Positions 48,428-59,332 of a stretch of 64,000 nt of DNA are shown here, in pieces (position 1 is the stretch's first letter; each line of letters opens with the position of its first letter). The stretch covers positions 32,001-96,000 of the forward strand of contig CAWIEK010000003.1 of NCBI GenBank assembly GCA_963835065.1. Direction: 5' to 3'. The notes beneath the pieces are model-generated. The model worked only from the letters and a program-made list of their open reading frames with translations, was not told where the DNA came from and made no database searches. The translations under genes and the position numbers were made by a program. This DNA is from an uncultured Chthonomonadaceae bacterium (GTDB lineage Bacteria > Armatimonadota > Chthonomonadetes > Chthonomonadales > Chthonomonadaceae).

Positions 48428-50167
48428 ATGACGCTTGAAACCCAAACGGAACTTATTCACAAAGCGCTGGCTGGAGATCGGCTTGCCGCCGAACGCCTGC
48501 TGGAACCCTATCGGCAAACCGTGCTGCGGATCGCGCAGGGGGCTTTGGGCAGCCGGGACGACGCCGCCGATGTGGCGCAGGAAACGCTTATGTACCTGCT
48601 GCTGCGGCTTGGCGACCTGCGCGACCCGACTCGGTTTGTCGGCTGGCTGCGGCAAATCACGCTGTCGCAATGCGCCGATTATCGCCGACGCCGGGGAACG
48701 CGCCGCCTGGGAGAACCGCTCGCCGCCCTCAATGAAATCGGGGAAGAATCGGATTTCGCGGGGCGTTTCCTGCTCCGGCAAGCCCTGGCGCGCCTGTCCT
48801 CGGATCACCAAACCACATTTCTGCTGCATTATGTCGGCGGCTGGTCTGTGGAGGAAGTCGCGGGGCTGACGAGCGTTCCCGTCAACACCGTCCGCAGTCG
48901 GTTGATGGCGGCCAAGCGTCATTTACGCGCTGATTTACGCGCGCTTTTTCCAGACATACCTTTGCAGTCCGAGCCGACAAGCGCGGAACGGCAGGCGGCG
49001 TCCGCAAGCGCCGCTTTGCAAACAACGGGAAAGCGCCACTTGAACCCAAAAGGAAATCGCATGTCTGCTGACACGCCCGCATTGCCTGCAACAACTTTAT
49101 CTGACACAACGCCCCTATCGGAGACAACCGCATTGCCTGAAACAACTGCCTTGCCTGACGCATTTACAGCGCCGGAAACTTTAGCCCTGCCGGACGCGCA
49201 TACCCGGCTGCTGGAAAGCGCGATGCCTGGCGCGCGACTGCTTGCGGTACAAAACTACCCGGAAGCCTGGCAGCCGTTTACGCCACGAGCGCGCCTGCTG
49301 CTGCCGGATGGCCGCGAGAAAACGGTGGATTTTCGCGGCGACATTACGCCGGAACGCGCCGCCCTGCTTCCCGCGCTAAATCAAGCCAACATTCCCGGCC
49401 CGCAAATCCTGCATGGCCCGGTCAAAACGGAAGGGGGCTTTGTGACTCTGTGCGAAACCGCGCGGGGAGAAAACCTGACGCTGTGGACATTGGGGGGAAC
49501 GCCACACCGGATTCGCCTGGCGACCGAACGCGCTTTTGAAGGCATTGACCGGCTTCACGGCGCAACCCAAACCCTGCTTGCCGATCCCGTCGGGGCGAAA
49601 CTGCCAAATCGTACCCTGATGGATGAAGTGGAAATCCTGACATCGGAAGCGCGCTGGAACGCCGATCCCTGGCTCGCCGAAGCGGGAACGGAACGCGCCG
49701 GATGGCTGGCCGATGCCTGGTTTGCATCGGCTTTGGCAAAAACGCGGGCGGCTCTTGCCGATATACACGCGCCATTGGCGTATACCGATTATACGTTCTT
49801 TTTCCCGCAGGGCTATCGTATTGCGCCCGCAACGGCTTCTACGGATGAGCCGTTGGGCTGGCCTGGCGATCCGCATTTTAGCGACAACCCGTTGGTAGAG
49901 TTCGTCAATTGCTTCGGGCACTTTGGCGATCCGCTGCTTGGGCTGGCGATGGTGTGGGTGTACGACTGCTACCCATTCGTACATACGGGGTTTGTCGAGC
50001 AGTTTCTCTGGCGGCGTGGCGTGGCGCGGCGCGAGTTTGCGCCCCGGCTGGCGTTGAAGGCGCTGCAAATGGTGGCGCGCGATCTGCCGGTAATGCGCCC
50101 TGCGCAGGGCGCAAGATACTGGGAAAGCCTGCGCGGATGGGTGGAACAAGCGCTTCAATGGATGTGA
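48428..50167 (+). CDS. ECF sigma factor fused to a C-terminal APH/kinase-like domain
   Basis: Sigma2 region DAADVAQET...FVGWLRQI, sigma4 region SVEEVAGLTSVPVNTVRSRL, TTALPE-repeat linker, and HFGDPLLGLA. Confidence 0.82.
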   Translation: MTLETQTELIHKALAGDRLAAERLLEPYRQTVLRIAQGALGSRDDAADVAQETLMYLLLRLGDLRDPTRFVGWLRQITLSQCADYRRRRGTRRLGEPLAALNEIGEESDFAGRFLLRQALARLSSDHQTTFLLHYVGGWSVEEVAGLTSVPVNTVRSRLMAAKRHLRADLRALFPDIPLQSEPTSAERQAASASAALQTTGKRHLNPKGNRMSADTPALPATTLSDTTPLSETTALPETTALPDAFTAPETLALPDAHTRLLESAMPGARLLAVQNYPEAWQPFTPRARLLLPDGREKTVDFRGDITPERAALLPALNQANIPGPQILHGPVKTEGGFVTLCETARGENLTLWTLGGTPHRIRLATERAFEGIDRLHGATQTLLADPVGAKLPNRTLMDEVEILTSEARWNADPWLAEAGTERAGWLADAWFASALAKTRAALADIHAPLAYTDYTFFFPQGYRIAPATASTDEPLGWPGDPHFSDNPLVEFVNCFGHFGDPLLGLAMVWVYDCYPFVHTGFVEQFLWRRGVARREFAPRLALKALQMVARDLPVMRPAQGARYWESLRGWVEQALQWM

Positions 50168-50257
50168 GAAGCGGATTATCGGCAAAAGGTCGTCAAGAAT
50201 ACTGACTTTACAGCCAGCATTTTCCTGTAATCCAAGTATTCTATTGGCGTCTTTGCC

Positions 50258-52180
50258 CTACGCGGCACAAAGCGACACGTCCCTGCTTCCGACGGCAAGC
50301 GTCACCTGGTTGCGCCCGTTCTGCTTGGATTGGTACAGCGCTTTATCCGCTTCCTCGACCAATTCCGCCGCATCTCGCGTGGCGATTTGCAGCGCGGCAG
50401 CGCCGATGCTGACCGTAATCGCGCGCTGCTCCCATTCCTGTCCGGCAACCGCTTCCCGTATCCGCTCCGCCACAATCATGGCTCCCTCCGTATCGGTTTC
50501 CGGCAGCGCGACAACGAACTCTTCCCCGCCATAACGCGCCACAAAGTCGGTTGCCCGCGCCGTGTGCCGCAATGCGTTCGCCACCCGCTTCAACACCTCG
50601 TCGCCTGCCGGATGCCCGAACGTGTCGTTGAACTGCTTGAATTTGTCCACGTCCAGAAGCAGCAGGGCAAGGGGCGTATGATAGCGCCGGCTGCGCTCGA
50701 ATTCTTCGGCCAGTTTGTCCTGAAAACTGCGGTGATTTTTCAGCCCGGTCAGGCCGTCCGTTGTCGCCAGTTCCAGCAGGCGGGCATTGACCACCTCCAA
50801 CTGCGCGTAGGCGGATTCCAACTGCGTATTCGCCATTTCTAATTGCGTATTCGCGGCTTCGAATTGCGCATTGGCGGTTTCCAACTGCTGCTGCTGCATT
50901 TTGGATTCGGTGCGGTCGCGCATCGTGCCGTGCAGCCGGACGGTCTTGCCCTGCGCGTCGCGCTCCGCCTGCCCCATCGCATGAAACCAGCGCAGCGAGC
51001 CATCGTTCATTAGTGCGCGAAATTCAAATTCATACGGCTGCCCGCCCTCAATGCACCGCTGTACGATTGCATTATGCAGGGGCACGTCGTCAGGATGGTA
51101 GCGGCGCATCAAGGCGTCGTAGGAAGGAGCGCTCTGCGCGGGGTCAAACTCCAGCAGGCGAAAGGTTTCTACGGACCAGGTGATTTCCCCGGAAGCAACG
51201 TCGAATTCCCAACTGCCGACGCGGGCGATGCGCTGCGCCTCCATGTAACGCGCTTCGCTGCGGCGCAGGGCTTCTTCGGCGCGAGTGCGCTCCGTAATGT
51301 CTACGGCCACGCCGCCCACGCAGGGCTGCCCGGCAGGATCGGTAAACGGAAATTTGTACACCGTCCAAACGCGCGCTTCGCCGTCCGCCGTAGGGACATT
51401 CTCAACGGTTTCCAATGGCTCACCCGATTGGCGTACCAGGTCATCATTGCGCCGAGTCTGTTCGGCAACATCGGCGGGAAACCAATCCGCATCCGTAGTT
51501 CCCCATATATCTTCCAATTCCACGTTGAAAGCACGCTCAAAGGGCTTGTTGACATACAAATAGCGTCCCTTAGCATCCTTCATAAAGGCCACAAGCGGAC
51601 CGGTATTCATAAAGGCTTCAAAGCGCGTATGGCTGTCGCGCAATTGCTGTTCCATGCGCTGCTGCGTCGCCATCAACAGGCTTTGATCTTTAATCTTGCG
51701 CCGCAGTTCCAGTTGCGTGACGACCTGATTGGCAAGCACCTGCAAGGCTTCGCGCTGCAAGGGCGTCAGGTCGCGGGGTACGCGGTCAATCACGCACAGA
51801 GTTCCCAGCGCGTGACCGGACGGCGTTATCAGGGGAGCGCCCGCATAAAAGCGAATACTGGGGTCTGCAGTGACAAGAGGGTTCTGGGCAAAGCGCGCGT
51901 CTTCCAGCGCGTTGGGAACCACCAGCACATCGGTCTGCAAAATGGCATGAGCGCAGAACGCCAGGTCGCGGTGTGTTTCCGCCGCGTCAAGGCCGACGCT
52001 CGCTTTGAACCATTGCCGGGCGGTGTCCAGCAGGCTTACCAGGCTGATGGGCGTACCGCACAAAGCCGAGGCCAAGCGCGCAATCTCATCGAAAGCGTCT
52101 TCGGCAGGCGTGTCGAGTATATCATAGCTGCGCAGCGCGTTTACGCGCGCCGCTTCGTTATCGGGAAAAGGAGCGGACAA
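50258..52180 (-). CDS. Diguanylate cyclase (GAF-PAS-PAS-coiled coil-GGDEF)
   Basis: IRFYAGAPL (GAF), two PAS/PAC domains, [25 protein letters not shown]-site and RYGGEEF. Confidence 0.95.
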   Translation of the reverse strand: MSAPFPDNEAARVNALRSYDILDTPAEDAFDEIARLASALCGTPISLVSLLDTARQWFKASVGLDAAETHRDLAFCAHAILQTDVLVVPNALEDARFAQNPLVTADPSIRFYAGAPLITPSGHALGTLCVIDRVPRDLTPLQREALQVLANQVVTQLELRRKIKDQSLLMATQQRMEQQLRDSHTRFEAFMNTGPLVAFMKDAKGRYLYVNKPFERAFNVELEDIWGTTDADWFPADVAEQTRRNDDLVRQSGEPLETVENVPTADGEARVWTVYKFPFTDPAGQPCVGGVAVDITERTRAEEALRRSEARYMEAQRIARVGSWEFDVASGEITWSVETFRLLEFDPAQSAPSYDALMRRYHPDDVPLHNAIVQRCIEGGQPYEFEFRALMNDGSLRWFHAMGQAERDAQGKTVRLHGTMRDRTESKMQQQQLETANAQFEAANTQLEMANTQLESAYAQLEVVNARLLELATTDGLTGLKNHRSFQDKLAEEFERSRRYHTPLALLLLDVDKFKQFNDTFGHPAGDEVLKRVANALRHTARATDFVARYGGEEFVVALPETDTEGAMIVAERIREAVAGQEWEQRAITVSIGAAALQIATRDAAELVEEADKALYQSKQNGRNQVTLAVGSRDVSLCAA

Positions 52181-52582
52181 CAGGCTGACCTCGCTAAAAG
52201 TTTCAAGGCCGAAACAGGTCGTATCGGGCCAGGTTACAACAGAGGCGGCATCGGGGCAGACTCCTGATCCCTGTCAGTTTTCGTCGTAACTGTCAGTTGT
52301 AGGGGATTTTCGGCGCAAAACGAAAAAAACTTCACCCGTCCGAAGCGCAAAAATCGCGCGCAGAGACCCGTGAGTTGAAACTCGCGACTGTGATAACGAA
52401 GTCCTCCTGCGCGGACTGAAGGCGGTAAAAACCATCTCTATAGGGTGTAATCTGCAAAGGCAGGACATAACATGTTATGTCCCTACGTTATCACAGTCGA
52501 GGAAAAAGATTAAAATAGGTTTTCCCCGGACGCAAGGGGGTATTTGAATGGCAATGGGGCTTGGGAAGCGGGGATTGGCCTG

Positions 52583-53872
52583 CTAAAGAACGAAGCGGAA
52601 CAGGGCGCTGTCGCTGTGGATGATTTCGTAGCGCAGGCCAATACTGTCCATGCGCGCCAGCAGGGGCGCGTAATCTTCCTTGCGGGTCAATTCGATGCCG
52701 ACAAGAGCGGGGCCGAACTCGCGGTTGCTCTTTTTGATGTATTCAAAGAGGGTAATATCATCATCCGGGCCGAGCGCGTCGTCCAGATACCGGCGCAGCG
52801 AACCGGGACGCTGCGAAAACTCGACCAGAAAGTAGTGCTTCAGTCCCTGGTCAATCAGGCTGCGCTCGATGATTTCGGGGTAGCGCGAAATGTCATTGTT
52901 GCCGCCGCTGACGACGCAAACCACTTTCTTTCCCCGCAGGCGCTCACCCAATTGGGAAAGCGCGGCGATGCTCAATGCTCCGGCGGGTTCGGCAATGATG
53001 CCCTCGCTCTGGTACAGGGCGATCATTTCCGTGCAAACGCGGCCTTCCGCAACCGGCACAATCTCGCGCAGCAGGCGTTGACAAATTTGAAAATTGTGCC
53101 TTCCCGCCGTTTTCACCGCCGCGCCGTCCACAAACGTATCAATCTGCTCCAGCGTGACCGGATGCCCGGCTTGCAGCGCGGCCAACATGCAGGCGGCGCG
53201 GGACGGCTCCGCGCCAATCAGAGCCACGTGGGGAAAATACCGCTCACTATACACGGCCAGGCCGCTGATGAGGCCGCCGCCGCCGATGGGCGCGATGAGA
53301 AAATCGGGCGCGGTTCCAAGCTGTTCGGCAATCTCCACGCCGACTGTGCCCTGCCCGGCAATGATGCGCGGATCATCAAACGGGTGGACAAACACTTTTT
53401 CCGCACCGTTCGCATATTCGGCGGCAAGGCGGTACGTGGCGTCGAAGGTATCCCCGGCCAGTTCGATGTGAACCCAGGCTCCGCCCAGGCTGCGAACGCG
53501 CTGCACTTTCTGCCGGGGCGTGTTCTGGGGCATGTAGATATGCCCTTCGATTTCCAGGCGGCGGCACGTAAAGGCGACGCCCTGCGCGTGATTGCCCGCG
53601 CTGGCGCACACCACGCCCCGTTCCCGCTCCGACGGCTTGAGCGAACTCATCAGGTTGTACGCGCCCCGCAGTTTGTAGGAGCGGACGACCTGCAGGTTTT
53701 CCCGCTTCAAATAAATCTCGGACTGGAACTGCTCGGACAAGCGCAGATTGTGCTGCAGCGGGGTGCGCGTCACCACCGCGTGAAGCCGCCCGTATGCTTG
53801 CTCAACGGCTTCAACGGTCACGGCTTCTGTGGTAACGGCTTCTGTGGTAACGACGGGCAAAAATGTAGTCAT
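52583..53872 (-). CDS. ilvA: Threonine ammonia-lyase, biosynthetic (short form)
   Basis: LKRENLQVVRSYKLRGA, ASAGNHAQG, PIGGGGL, SGGNND and a single ACT-like domain. Confidence 0.95.
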   Translation of the reverse strand: MTTFLPVVTTEAVTTEAVTVEAVEQAYGRLHAVVTRTPLQHNLRLSEQFQSEIYLKRENLQVVRSYKLRGAYNLMSSLKPSERERGVVCASAGNHAQGVAFTCRRLEIEGHIYMPQNTPRQKVQRVRSLGGAWVHIELAGDTFDATYRLAAEYANGAEKVFVHPFDDPRIIAGQGTVGVEIAEQLGTAPDFLIAPIGGGGLISGLAVYSERYFPHVALIGAEPSRAACMLAALQAGHPVTLEQIDTFVDGAAVKTAGRHNFQICQRLLREIVPVAEGRVCTEMIALYQSEGIIAEPAGALSIAALSQLGERLRGKKVVCVVSGGNNDISRYPEIIERSLIDQGLKHYFLVEFSQRPGSLRRYLDDALGPDDDITLFEYIKKSNREFGPALVGIELTRKEDYAPLLARMDSIGLRYEIIHSDSALFRFVL

Positions 53873-54239
53873 GCTTATTATTATACGCTACCGCGCCACT
53901 CAAAATAGGGGAATAGCCGCAAATGAACGCAAATAGGCCGTTCAGCGCAAGCGCGCGTACAGCGTGAAGCAGGATACAAGGCAAGCAGGGATGCGGCGTG
54001 AGCAAGGACACAGCAAAAACAAGACCGAAGAAGATTAGCCGGAGGAGATTAGGATAGATGAGGCGACCTATAACCGGTGGTGTCCGTTAAGCAGCTATAT
54101 TTCTGAGTTGACAGACAACAGCGCAGCCAGAACGACATCAAAGCCTCGTTGTTCAAGCCGTCGAACACGCCTTGAACAACGAGGCCGAAGCACTCAAAGC
54201 CAGACACGCCAAAACTACGAACTTACTTTGCGCGGGTAC

Positions 54240-55133
54240 TTAGCGCCGATAGTGGTAAGCGCCCCGGCCATAGCCGTAATAATGGGGGCGATAGTAGCCG
54301 CCGAACGGATAGCCGAACGAGAACCAGAGCGACGTAGATGGCCCATAGTACGGCTCATAAGCCGGCACATAGCGCACCGGCGGCAGGGTTTCGCGGCTCA
54401 CGATATGGTCGCGCTCGTCGTTCCAGCGCTCCCATGTATCCCCGGCGGGCAGGTTGCGCGTGTTGTAGGCTGTGTCCGCCGCGCGTACACTGACGAAATC
54501 ACCGGCGTACAGCGTGGCCTTGCCCGCGCTGCCGCCCTCCACCGTTGCCCTGCCGGAGCGAACGCCCACTTCCACGCTGTTCGCAACGCCGATGCGGACG
54601 CGCGCCGACCCGCTTGCCGTAATGGAGTTGAACGGCGTATCTACCTGATACGTGGAGTATTCCACTTTGGGAACCAGCGTCGCCAGCCCGGAAAGCAGCT
54701 TGATGCGCGTGTACTCGCCCCGGTCATCGCTGGAAAAGGTTTGCAGCGTGGCTACCGCGTCGTTGCCCAGACGCAGCAGGCTGCCGTCGTCAAAGCGAAT
54801 TTCCACGCGCCCGCCTTCTTCCGCCCATATTTGCGAACCTTCCCGCAGCGCCAGTTTGGTAGTGGCTTTGCTCCACTTGGCCGTATCATCGGCCCGCCAC
54901 GTCACTTTGCCGCTCACGTATTCGATACGCGCCAAGCGTTTTTCTTCCGTCCGGCGCGTAGTATTCAGTGTAGTATTGTCTTTGCGCGGCGTGCCGGAAG
55001 ATTGTACGCGCGGGGTTTCCCCAACCTGATACCCGCCATCCTGCGCTCGCGCCGCTGTTCCCAAACATAATCCGACACCCACGAATGTCAGCACTGCCGT
55101 CCTGGACTTCGCAAGGCTGTTAAAGCGTCTCAT
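54240..55133 (-). CDS. Secreted FecR-domain protein
   Basis: Signal peptide, GRVEIRFDDGSLLRLG, VDTP, and an aromatic/Gly-rich tail. SD AGGAG. Confidence 0.8.
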   Translation of the reverse strand: MRRFNSLAKSRTAVLTFVGVGLCLGTAARAQDGGYQVGETPRVQSSGTPRKDNTTLNTTRRTEEKRLARIEYVSGKVTWRADDTAKWSKATTKLALREGSQIWAEEGGRVEIRFDDGSLLRLGNDAVATLQTFSSDDRGEYTRIKLLSGLATLVPKVEYSTYQVDTPFNSITASGSARVRIGVANSVEVGVRSGRATVEGGSAGKATLYAGDFVSVRAADTAYNTRNLPAGDTWERWNDERDHIVSRETLPPVRYVPAYEPYYGPSTSLWFSFGYPFGGYYRPHYYGYGRGAYHYRR

Positions 55134-55407
55134 TGTCGAACTCCTCCATGAAAACGTAAAATGGAGGGAGGTGCAGACGGAAGCACACCATCCACTCTCG
55201 TCAGGTCACACAATACTTAAGACGTATTAACCATCCCGGATGTTGCCCAAATTTTTCAGGCAGGAAAAACACGCCAGGAGCGCGAACCTTGCCGATGAAG
55301 CGGCGTACACAACAGTATCAACGAGTACATTGCGGCGCAATTCCATCCATAGGAACCGGATTTTATATCGACTGAACACGTCAACTTTTGTTTGCAAGGA
55401 GCAGTTT

Positions 55408-56133
55408 ATGCCACGATTCGATGGGCGCGGCAGCAGCCAGATGCGCCCCACCAAAATAACGCGAAGTTTCATGCCCAACGCCGAAGGCTCGTGCCTGATT
55501 GAAATGGGCAACACGAAAGTGATCTGCACGGTCAGCGTGGAAGACAAAATTCCCCCGTTCCGCAAGATGGAAGGGCAATTGGGTTGGCTGACGGCGGAGT
55601 ACAGCATGCTGCCCCGCGCCACGGAAACCCGGACGCCCCGCGAAACCAAAAACGGGCCGGGCGGGCGCACGGTTGAAATTCAGCGATTGATCGGGCGCAG
55701 CCTGCGCACGGTTGTGGAATTGCCGGTTTTGGGCGAGCGTACCCTGTGGGTGGACTGCGACGTGCTGCAAGCGGATGCGGGCACACGCTGCGCGGCGATC
55801 ACGGGCAGTTATGTGGCGCTGGTGGAAGCCTGCGGCAAACTGGTGAAAAAGGGCGCGATTGCCCGCCTGCCCCTGACCGCGCAGGTGGCGGCTGTCAGCG
55901 TGGTCGTGCAGGGTTCCAACGAGATGCTCGATCCCGTTTATAAGGAAGACAAGGGCTGCGACGTGGACATGAACGTTGTCGCTACGGACAAAGGCCGCTA
56001 CATCGAAGTGCAGGGCACAGGCGAAGAAACCCCCTTTGACCGCGCCCGCCTCAACCGCCTGCTCGATCTGGCCCAAATCGGCTTGGACGAACTGTTCCGC
56101 CTCCAGCGCGCCGCTCTGGAAGGCGTACTTTGA
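55408..56133 (+). CDS. rph: Ribonuclease PH
   Basis: [37 protein letters not shown] and [16 protein letters not shown]. Confidence 0.97.
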   Translation: MPRFDGRGSSQMRPTKITRSFMPNAEGSCLIEMGNTKVICTVSVEDKIPPFRKMEGQLGWLTAEYSMLPRATETRTPRETKNGPGGRTVEIQRLIGRSLRTVVELPVLGERTLWVDCDVLQADAGTRCAAITGSYVALVEACGKLVKKGAIARLPLTAQVAAVSVVVQGSNEMLDPVYKEDKGCDVDMNVVATDKGRYIEVQGTGEETPFDRARLNRLLDLAQIGLDELFRLQRAALEGVL

Positions 56134-56280
56134 AAAGGATGAAGGATGAAGGATGAATTAGAAGAACAGGAAACAGGGAACAGGGAACAGGGAACAGAAG
56201 ACAATGCTGAACTCAGAATGATCAATGATGAATACAATGCCGAATCCCACTCATCACTCATCATTCATCACTCATCATTT
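56134..56280. repeat. Heptamer repeats (GGATGAA)n (GGGAACA)n (CTCATCA)n at the rph-rdgB junction
   Basis: Read directly; they lie in frame at the start of rdgB. Confidence 0.9.
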
Positions 56281-56886
56281 CCCAACACCCTCCTTGTCGC
56301 AACCACCAATCTCAAAAAAGGCGGCGAGATGGTGCAGATACTGGGGGACGCAAATTTAGGCGTTGCCATTGTTACGCTGGCCGATTTCCCGCCCATGCCA
56401 CTCGTAGAGGAAACGGGTGACACGTTCAGCGCGAACGCGCATTTGAAAGCCGATGCCGCGCTTGCGCAAACCGGGATGGTGTCCATTGCCGATGATGGCG
56501 GTTTGGTGATTGACGCGCTGGACGGGATGCCCGGCGTAAAGTCGCACCGCTTTTTGGGCGAGGACACGCCGTTTACCGTCAAGATGGATCGCATTCTGGA
56601 AATGATGCGGAACGTGCCGGACGAGCAGCGGACGTGCCGCTTTCAATGTGTCGTTGTGGTCGCCGCCCCGGACGGGAGTTCGCGGGAGTTTACCGGCATC
56701 TGCGAGGGGCGCATTGCGCAGGAACAGCGGGGCGAAAACGGCTTCGGCTACGACCCCATCGTGTACATCCCCGCAGTCGGCAAGCACATGGCCGAACTGC
56801 TGCCCCACGAAAAGCACCAGATCAGTCACCGGGGCAAATCTCTGGCGCAGGCCATTCCCTACCTGCGTACCCTGTTCGCCAGGTAG
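56146..56886 (+). CDS. rdgB: Non-canonical purine NTP pyrophosphatase (RdgB/HAM1) with repeat-derived N-terminus
   Basis: ATTNLKK, ADDGGLVIDALDGMPGV, GFGYDP and SHRG; classic rph-rdgB gene order. Confidence 0.93.
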   Translation: MKDELEEQETGNREQGTEDNAELRMINDEYNAESHSSLIIHHSSFPNTLLVATTNLKKGGEMVQILGDANLGVAIVTLADFPPMPLVEETGDTFSANAHLKADAALAQTGMVSIADDGGLVIDALDGMPGVKSHRFLGEDTPFTVKMDRILEMMRNVPDEQRTCRFQCVVVVAAPDGSSREFTGICEGRIAQEQRGENGFGYDPIVYIPAVGKHMAELLPHEKHQISHRGKSLAQAIPYLRTLFAR

Positions 56887-57003
56887 CGCAAAGCGCCGTT
56901 TGAACTTTGGCGTGAGAATTATAGTCTTAACAGCAAGTCCGGCAGTTTGTTCATGCAACAAACATGACTACGGCGAAGACGCGGATTTTGGAAGGAAACT
57001 ACA

Positions 57004-57390
57004 ATGGGAATCGGATGGGAGTATTTCAATAATGTATGCCGCGCCCTGCGCGTGGCGGGCCAGATTCTGGCAGGCGTCATTGGATTGATTATTGTGGTAC
57101 TTTTGGGGAGCAGCGTGATGCAGGTCATCAACGCTAACCGCGCCCCGGATGCAACCTTGATTGTCGCGCCGACAACGACGCCCGACGCCGCCCCGCTTGC
57201 AAAGTCCAATCCACAGTTCGCGCCGCCGGGAATTCCCGGCGCGTCCGTCACGCCCAAATCCGCCGCTTCCCCCGGTTCCAAGCCCAATTCACAGTTCGGG
57301 CAGCCCCGCCCGCCTATCTCCGGCATAGGTACAAACGGCGCTCTCCCCGCTTCCAAGCCCAACCCGCAATTCTCGGTAAAGCAGCCTTAA
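57004..57390 (+). CDS. Small membrane protein with Pro-rich (S/A)KxNxQF repeats
   Basis: Transmembrane segment followed by three KSNPQF/KPNSQF/KPNPQF repeats. SD GAAGGA. Confidence 0.6.
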   Translation: MGIGWEYFNNVCRALRVAGQILAGVIGLIIVVLLGSSVMQVINANRAPDATLIVAPTTTPDAAPLAKSNPQFAPPGIPGASVTPKSAASPGSKPNSQFGQPRPPISGIGTNGALPASKPNPQFSVKQP

Positions 57391-57420
57391 GTAAAATGAC
57401 GCATGGGAGGGCTGAACAAA

Positions 57421-58725
57421 ATGAGAGTGCGGCACGAAGTACAGGATGGATTGTACGGCACAATCACGTTTGACAGCCTTGAAAAACAGTTGATTGATTC
57501 GGCCCCGTTTCAGCGCCTGCGTCATATTCATCAACTCGCCATGTGCTATCAGGTCTACCCTGGCGCGACACACAAACGATTTGAACATTCACTTGGCGTT
57601 ATGGAAGTTGCCAGCCGTATCTATGACACCATTTTCGACGCTCGTAACATTCAGGAAGACGTTCGGGAGCGTATCGCTGAAGAACTCGAACCACAGCAGT
57701 TCCAATACTGGCGGCGCGTAGTTCGGCTTGCCGCTCTACTGCATGACATAGGACACCTGCCGTTTTCTCATGCGGCAGAGAAGGAACTTCTGCCCTCCGG
57801 CTGGAATCATGAGCGTATTACGGCGGACATGCTGCGCGAGTCTGAAATTGCCGCTATTCTCAGGGACGCCAGCCCTCCGGTTCGGCCCGAAGACGTTGTA
57901 GACGCCGCCTGGGACATCCGCAAGCGCGTCCAAACGGAAACGTGCAACCTGTCCCCGTGGAAGACACTACTCAATGAAATTCTGACGAGCAACACGTTCG
58001 GCGCGGACCGGATTGATTACCTGCTGCGCGACTCATGGCATGCGGGCGTGGGTTATGGCCGCTTTGATACAGACCGTCTGGTAAGCGGCTTGCGCGTAAT
58101 CATTAACCCCGACAACGATGAAATTGCAATCGGCCTGCACATTAGCGGCATCCATGCCGCCGAAGCACTGCTTCTTGCCCGTTACTTCATGTATACTCAG
58201 GTCTACCTCCATGACGTGCGGCGGGTTTATGACGCGCACCTGAAAGAATTTCTACAGCAATGGCTGCCATCCGGGGCGTTTACCGGGCAGTGGCAAGATA
58301 TGCTGCGCGTCACCGACAACAATGTATTAGTGGCATTGCACGAGGCGGCGCTGGACAACAATAACCCTCTCCATATCCTGGCAGCGCGGCTCATGAATCG
58401 GCAGCACTTTCGGACGGTATACAACCTCGTCGGGGCGCACAAAATGCGCCGCCCTACAATTCTGGAGAAGGTGCTGGAGTATGCGCAACAGGAATTCGGG
58501 CGCGAAAATATCTTCAAGGATTATTACTCTGCTAAATCGGAGCCGAACGATTTTTTAGTGCTGACAATGGATGGTTCCACTGAAAATGCCCGACAAATTT
58601 CTGGTATAATAGATAATGTTCCCGTGATGGAAGTAGGACTGGTATTTGTCGAACCAAGCCTTGAAGCAAAGACAAAACGCGCCATTGACGCGAATTTGAA
58701 AAGACTGTTGCAAGAACCTGAATAA
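57421..58725 (+). CDS. HD-domain phosphohydrolase (SAMHD1/YwfO-like dNTP triphosphohydrolase family)
   Basis: FQRLRHIHQL, HKRFEHSLGVM, LLHDIGHLPFSH, DRIDYLLRD and ARYFMYTQVYLH. Start 57421 (SD GGAGG) or 57403. Confidence 0.9.
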   Translation: MRVRHEVQDGLYGTITFDSLEKQLIDSAPFQRLRHIHQLAMCYQVYPGATHKRFEHSLGVMEVASRIYDTIFDARNIQEDVRERIAEELEPQQFQYWRRVVRLAALLHDIGHLPFSHAAEKELLPSGWNHERITADMLRESEIAAILRDASPPVRPEDVVDAAWDIRKRVQTETCNLSPWKTLLNEILTSNTFGADRIDYLLRDSWHAGVGYGRFDTDRLVSGLRVIINPDNDEIAIGLHISGIHAAEALLLARYFMYTQVYLHDVRRVYDAHLKEFLQQWLPSGAFTGQWQDMLRVTDNNVLVALHEAALDNNNPLHILAARLMNRQHFRTVYNLVGAHKMRRPTILEKVLEYAQQEFGRENIFKDYYSAKSEPNDFLVLTMDGSTENARQISGIIDNVPVMEVGLVFVEPSLEAKTKRAIDANLKRLLQEPE

Positions 58726-58750
58726 GCCTTGAACTGGAGAGGAACGAACA

Positions 58751-59275
58751 ATGGAACTGGCAAAGCACAGATTGCTGCTGGCCGTGATTGAGGGGCTGAA
58801 CAAACACGGCAGTTGGACAGGCAAAACGCATGTCCAAAAAACGGCGTTTCTCTTGGATGCGAGCCGAACACTGGAAATGCCGTTTACGTTCGTGCTCTAT
58901 AAGCACGGGCCGTACTCCTTTGACATTGAGAGTGAACTCCTGGAGATGCGGAGTTACGGCGCAATCAATTCTGAAACCGTGCCGGGTTACGGCGTAACCC
59001 TCAAGCCGTCGCAAAACGCCGAATGGCTTAAAAACAAGACAACTTTGACATCAGAACAGGAACAGCAAATCGAGCGCGTATGCGAATTTGTCAAAGCGCG
59101 TAATGTAACCAGCCTGGAGCGTCTCGCAACGGCAGCCTGGATTCGCAGCCGCGAACACCTGACCGACCCGGAACAGGTTGCGGTACGCCTGCACGAACTC
59201 AAGCCGCACATCCCTGTTGCGGACGCGCTGCAGGCCGACAGAGAAGTTGCGCCCGCTCTCTGTTTTATTGGTTAA
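58751..59275 (+). CDS. Winged-helix protein, YwgA / SocA(Panacea)-like
   Basis: GKTHVQKTAFLL...FVLYKHGPYS...LERLAT pattern. SD GAGGA. Confidence 0.7.
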   Translation: MELAKHRLLLAVIEGLNKHGSWTGKTHVQKTAFLLDASRTLEMPFTFVLYKHGPYSFDIESELLEMRSYGAINSETVPGYGVTLKPSQNAEWLKNKTTLTSEQEQQIERVCEFVKARNVTSLERLATAAWIRSREHLTDPEQVAVRLHELKPHIPVADALQADREVAPALCFIG

Positions 59276-59332
59276 AGAGTGGCAAATAAGGCCGGCGAAC
59301 GGAACACGGTTCATGTTTTTACGAACAAAATC

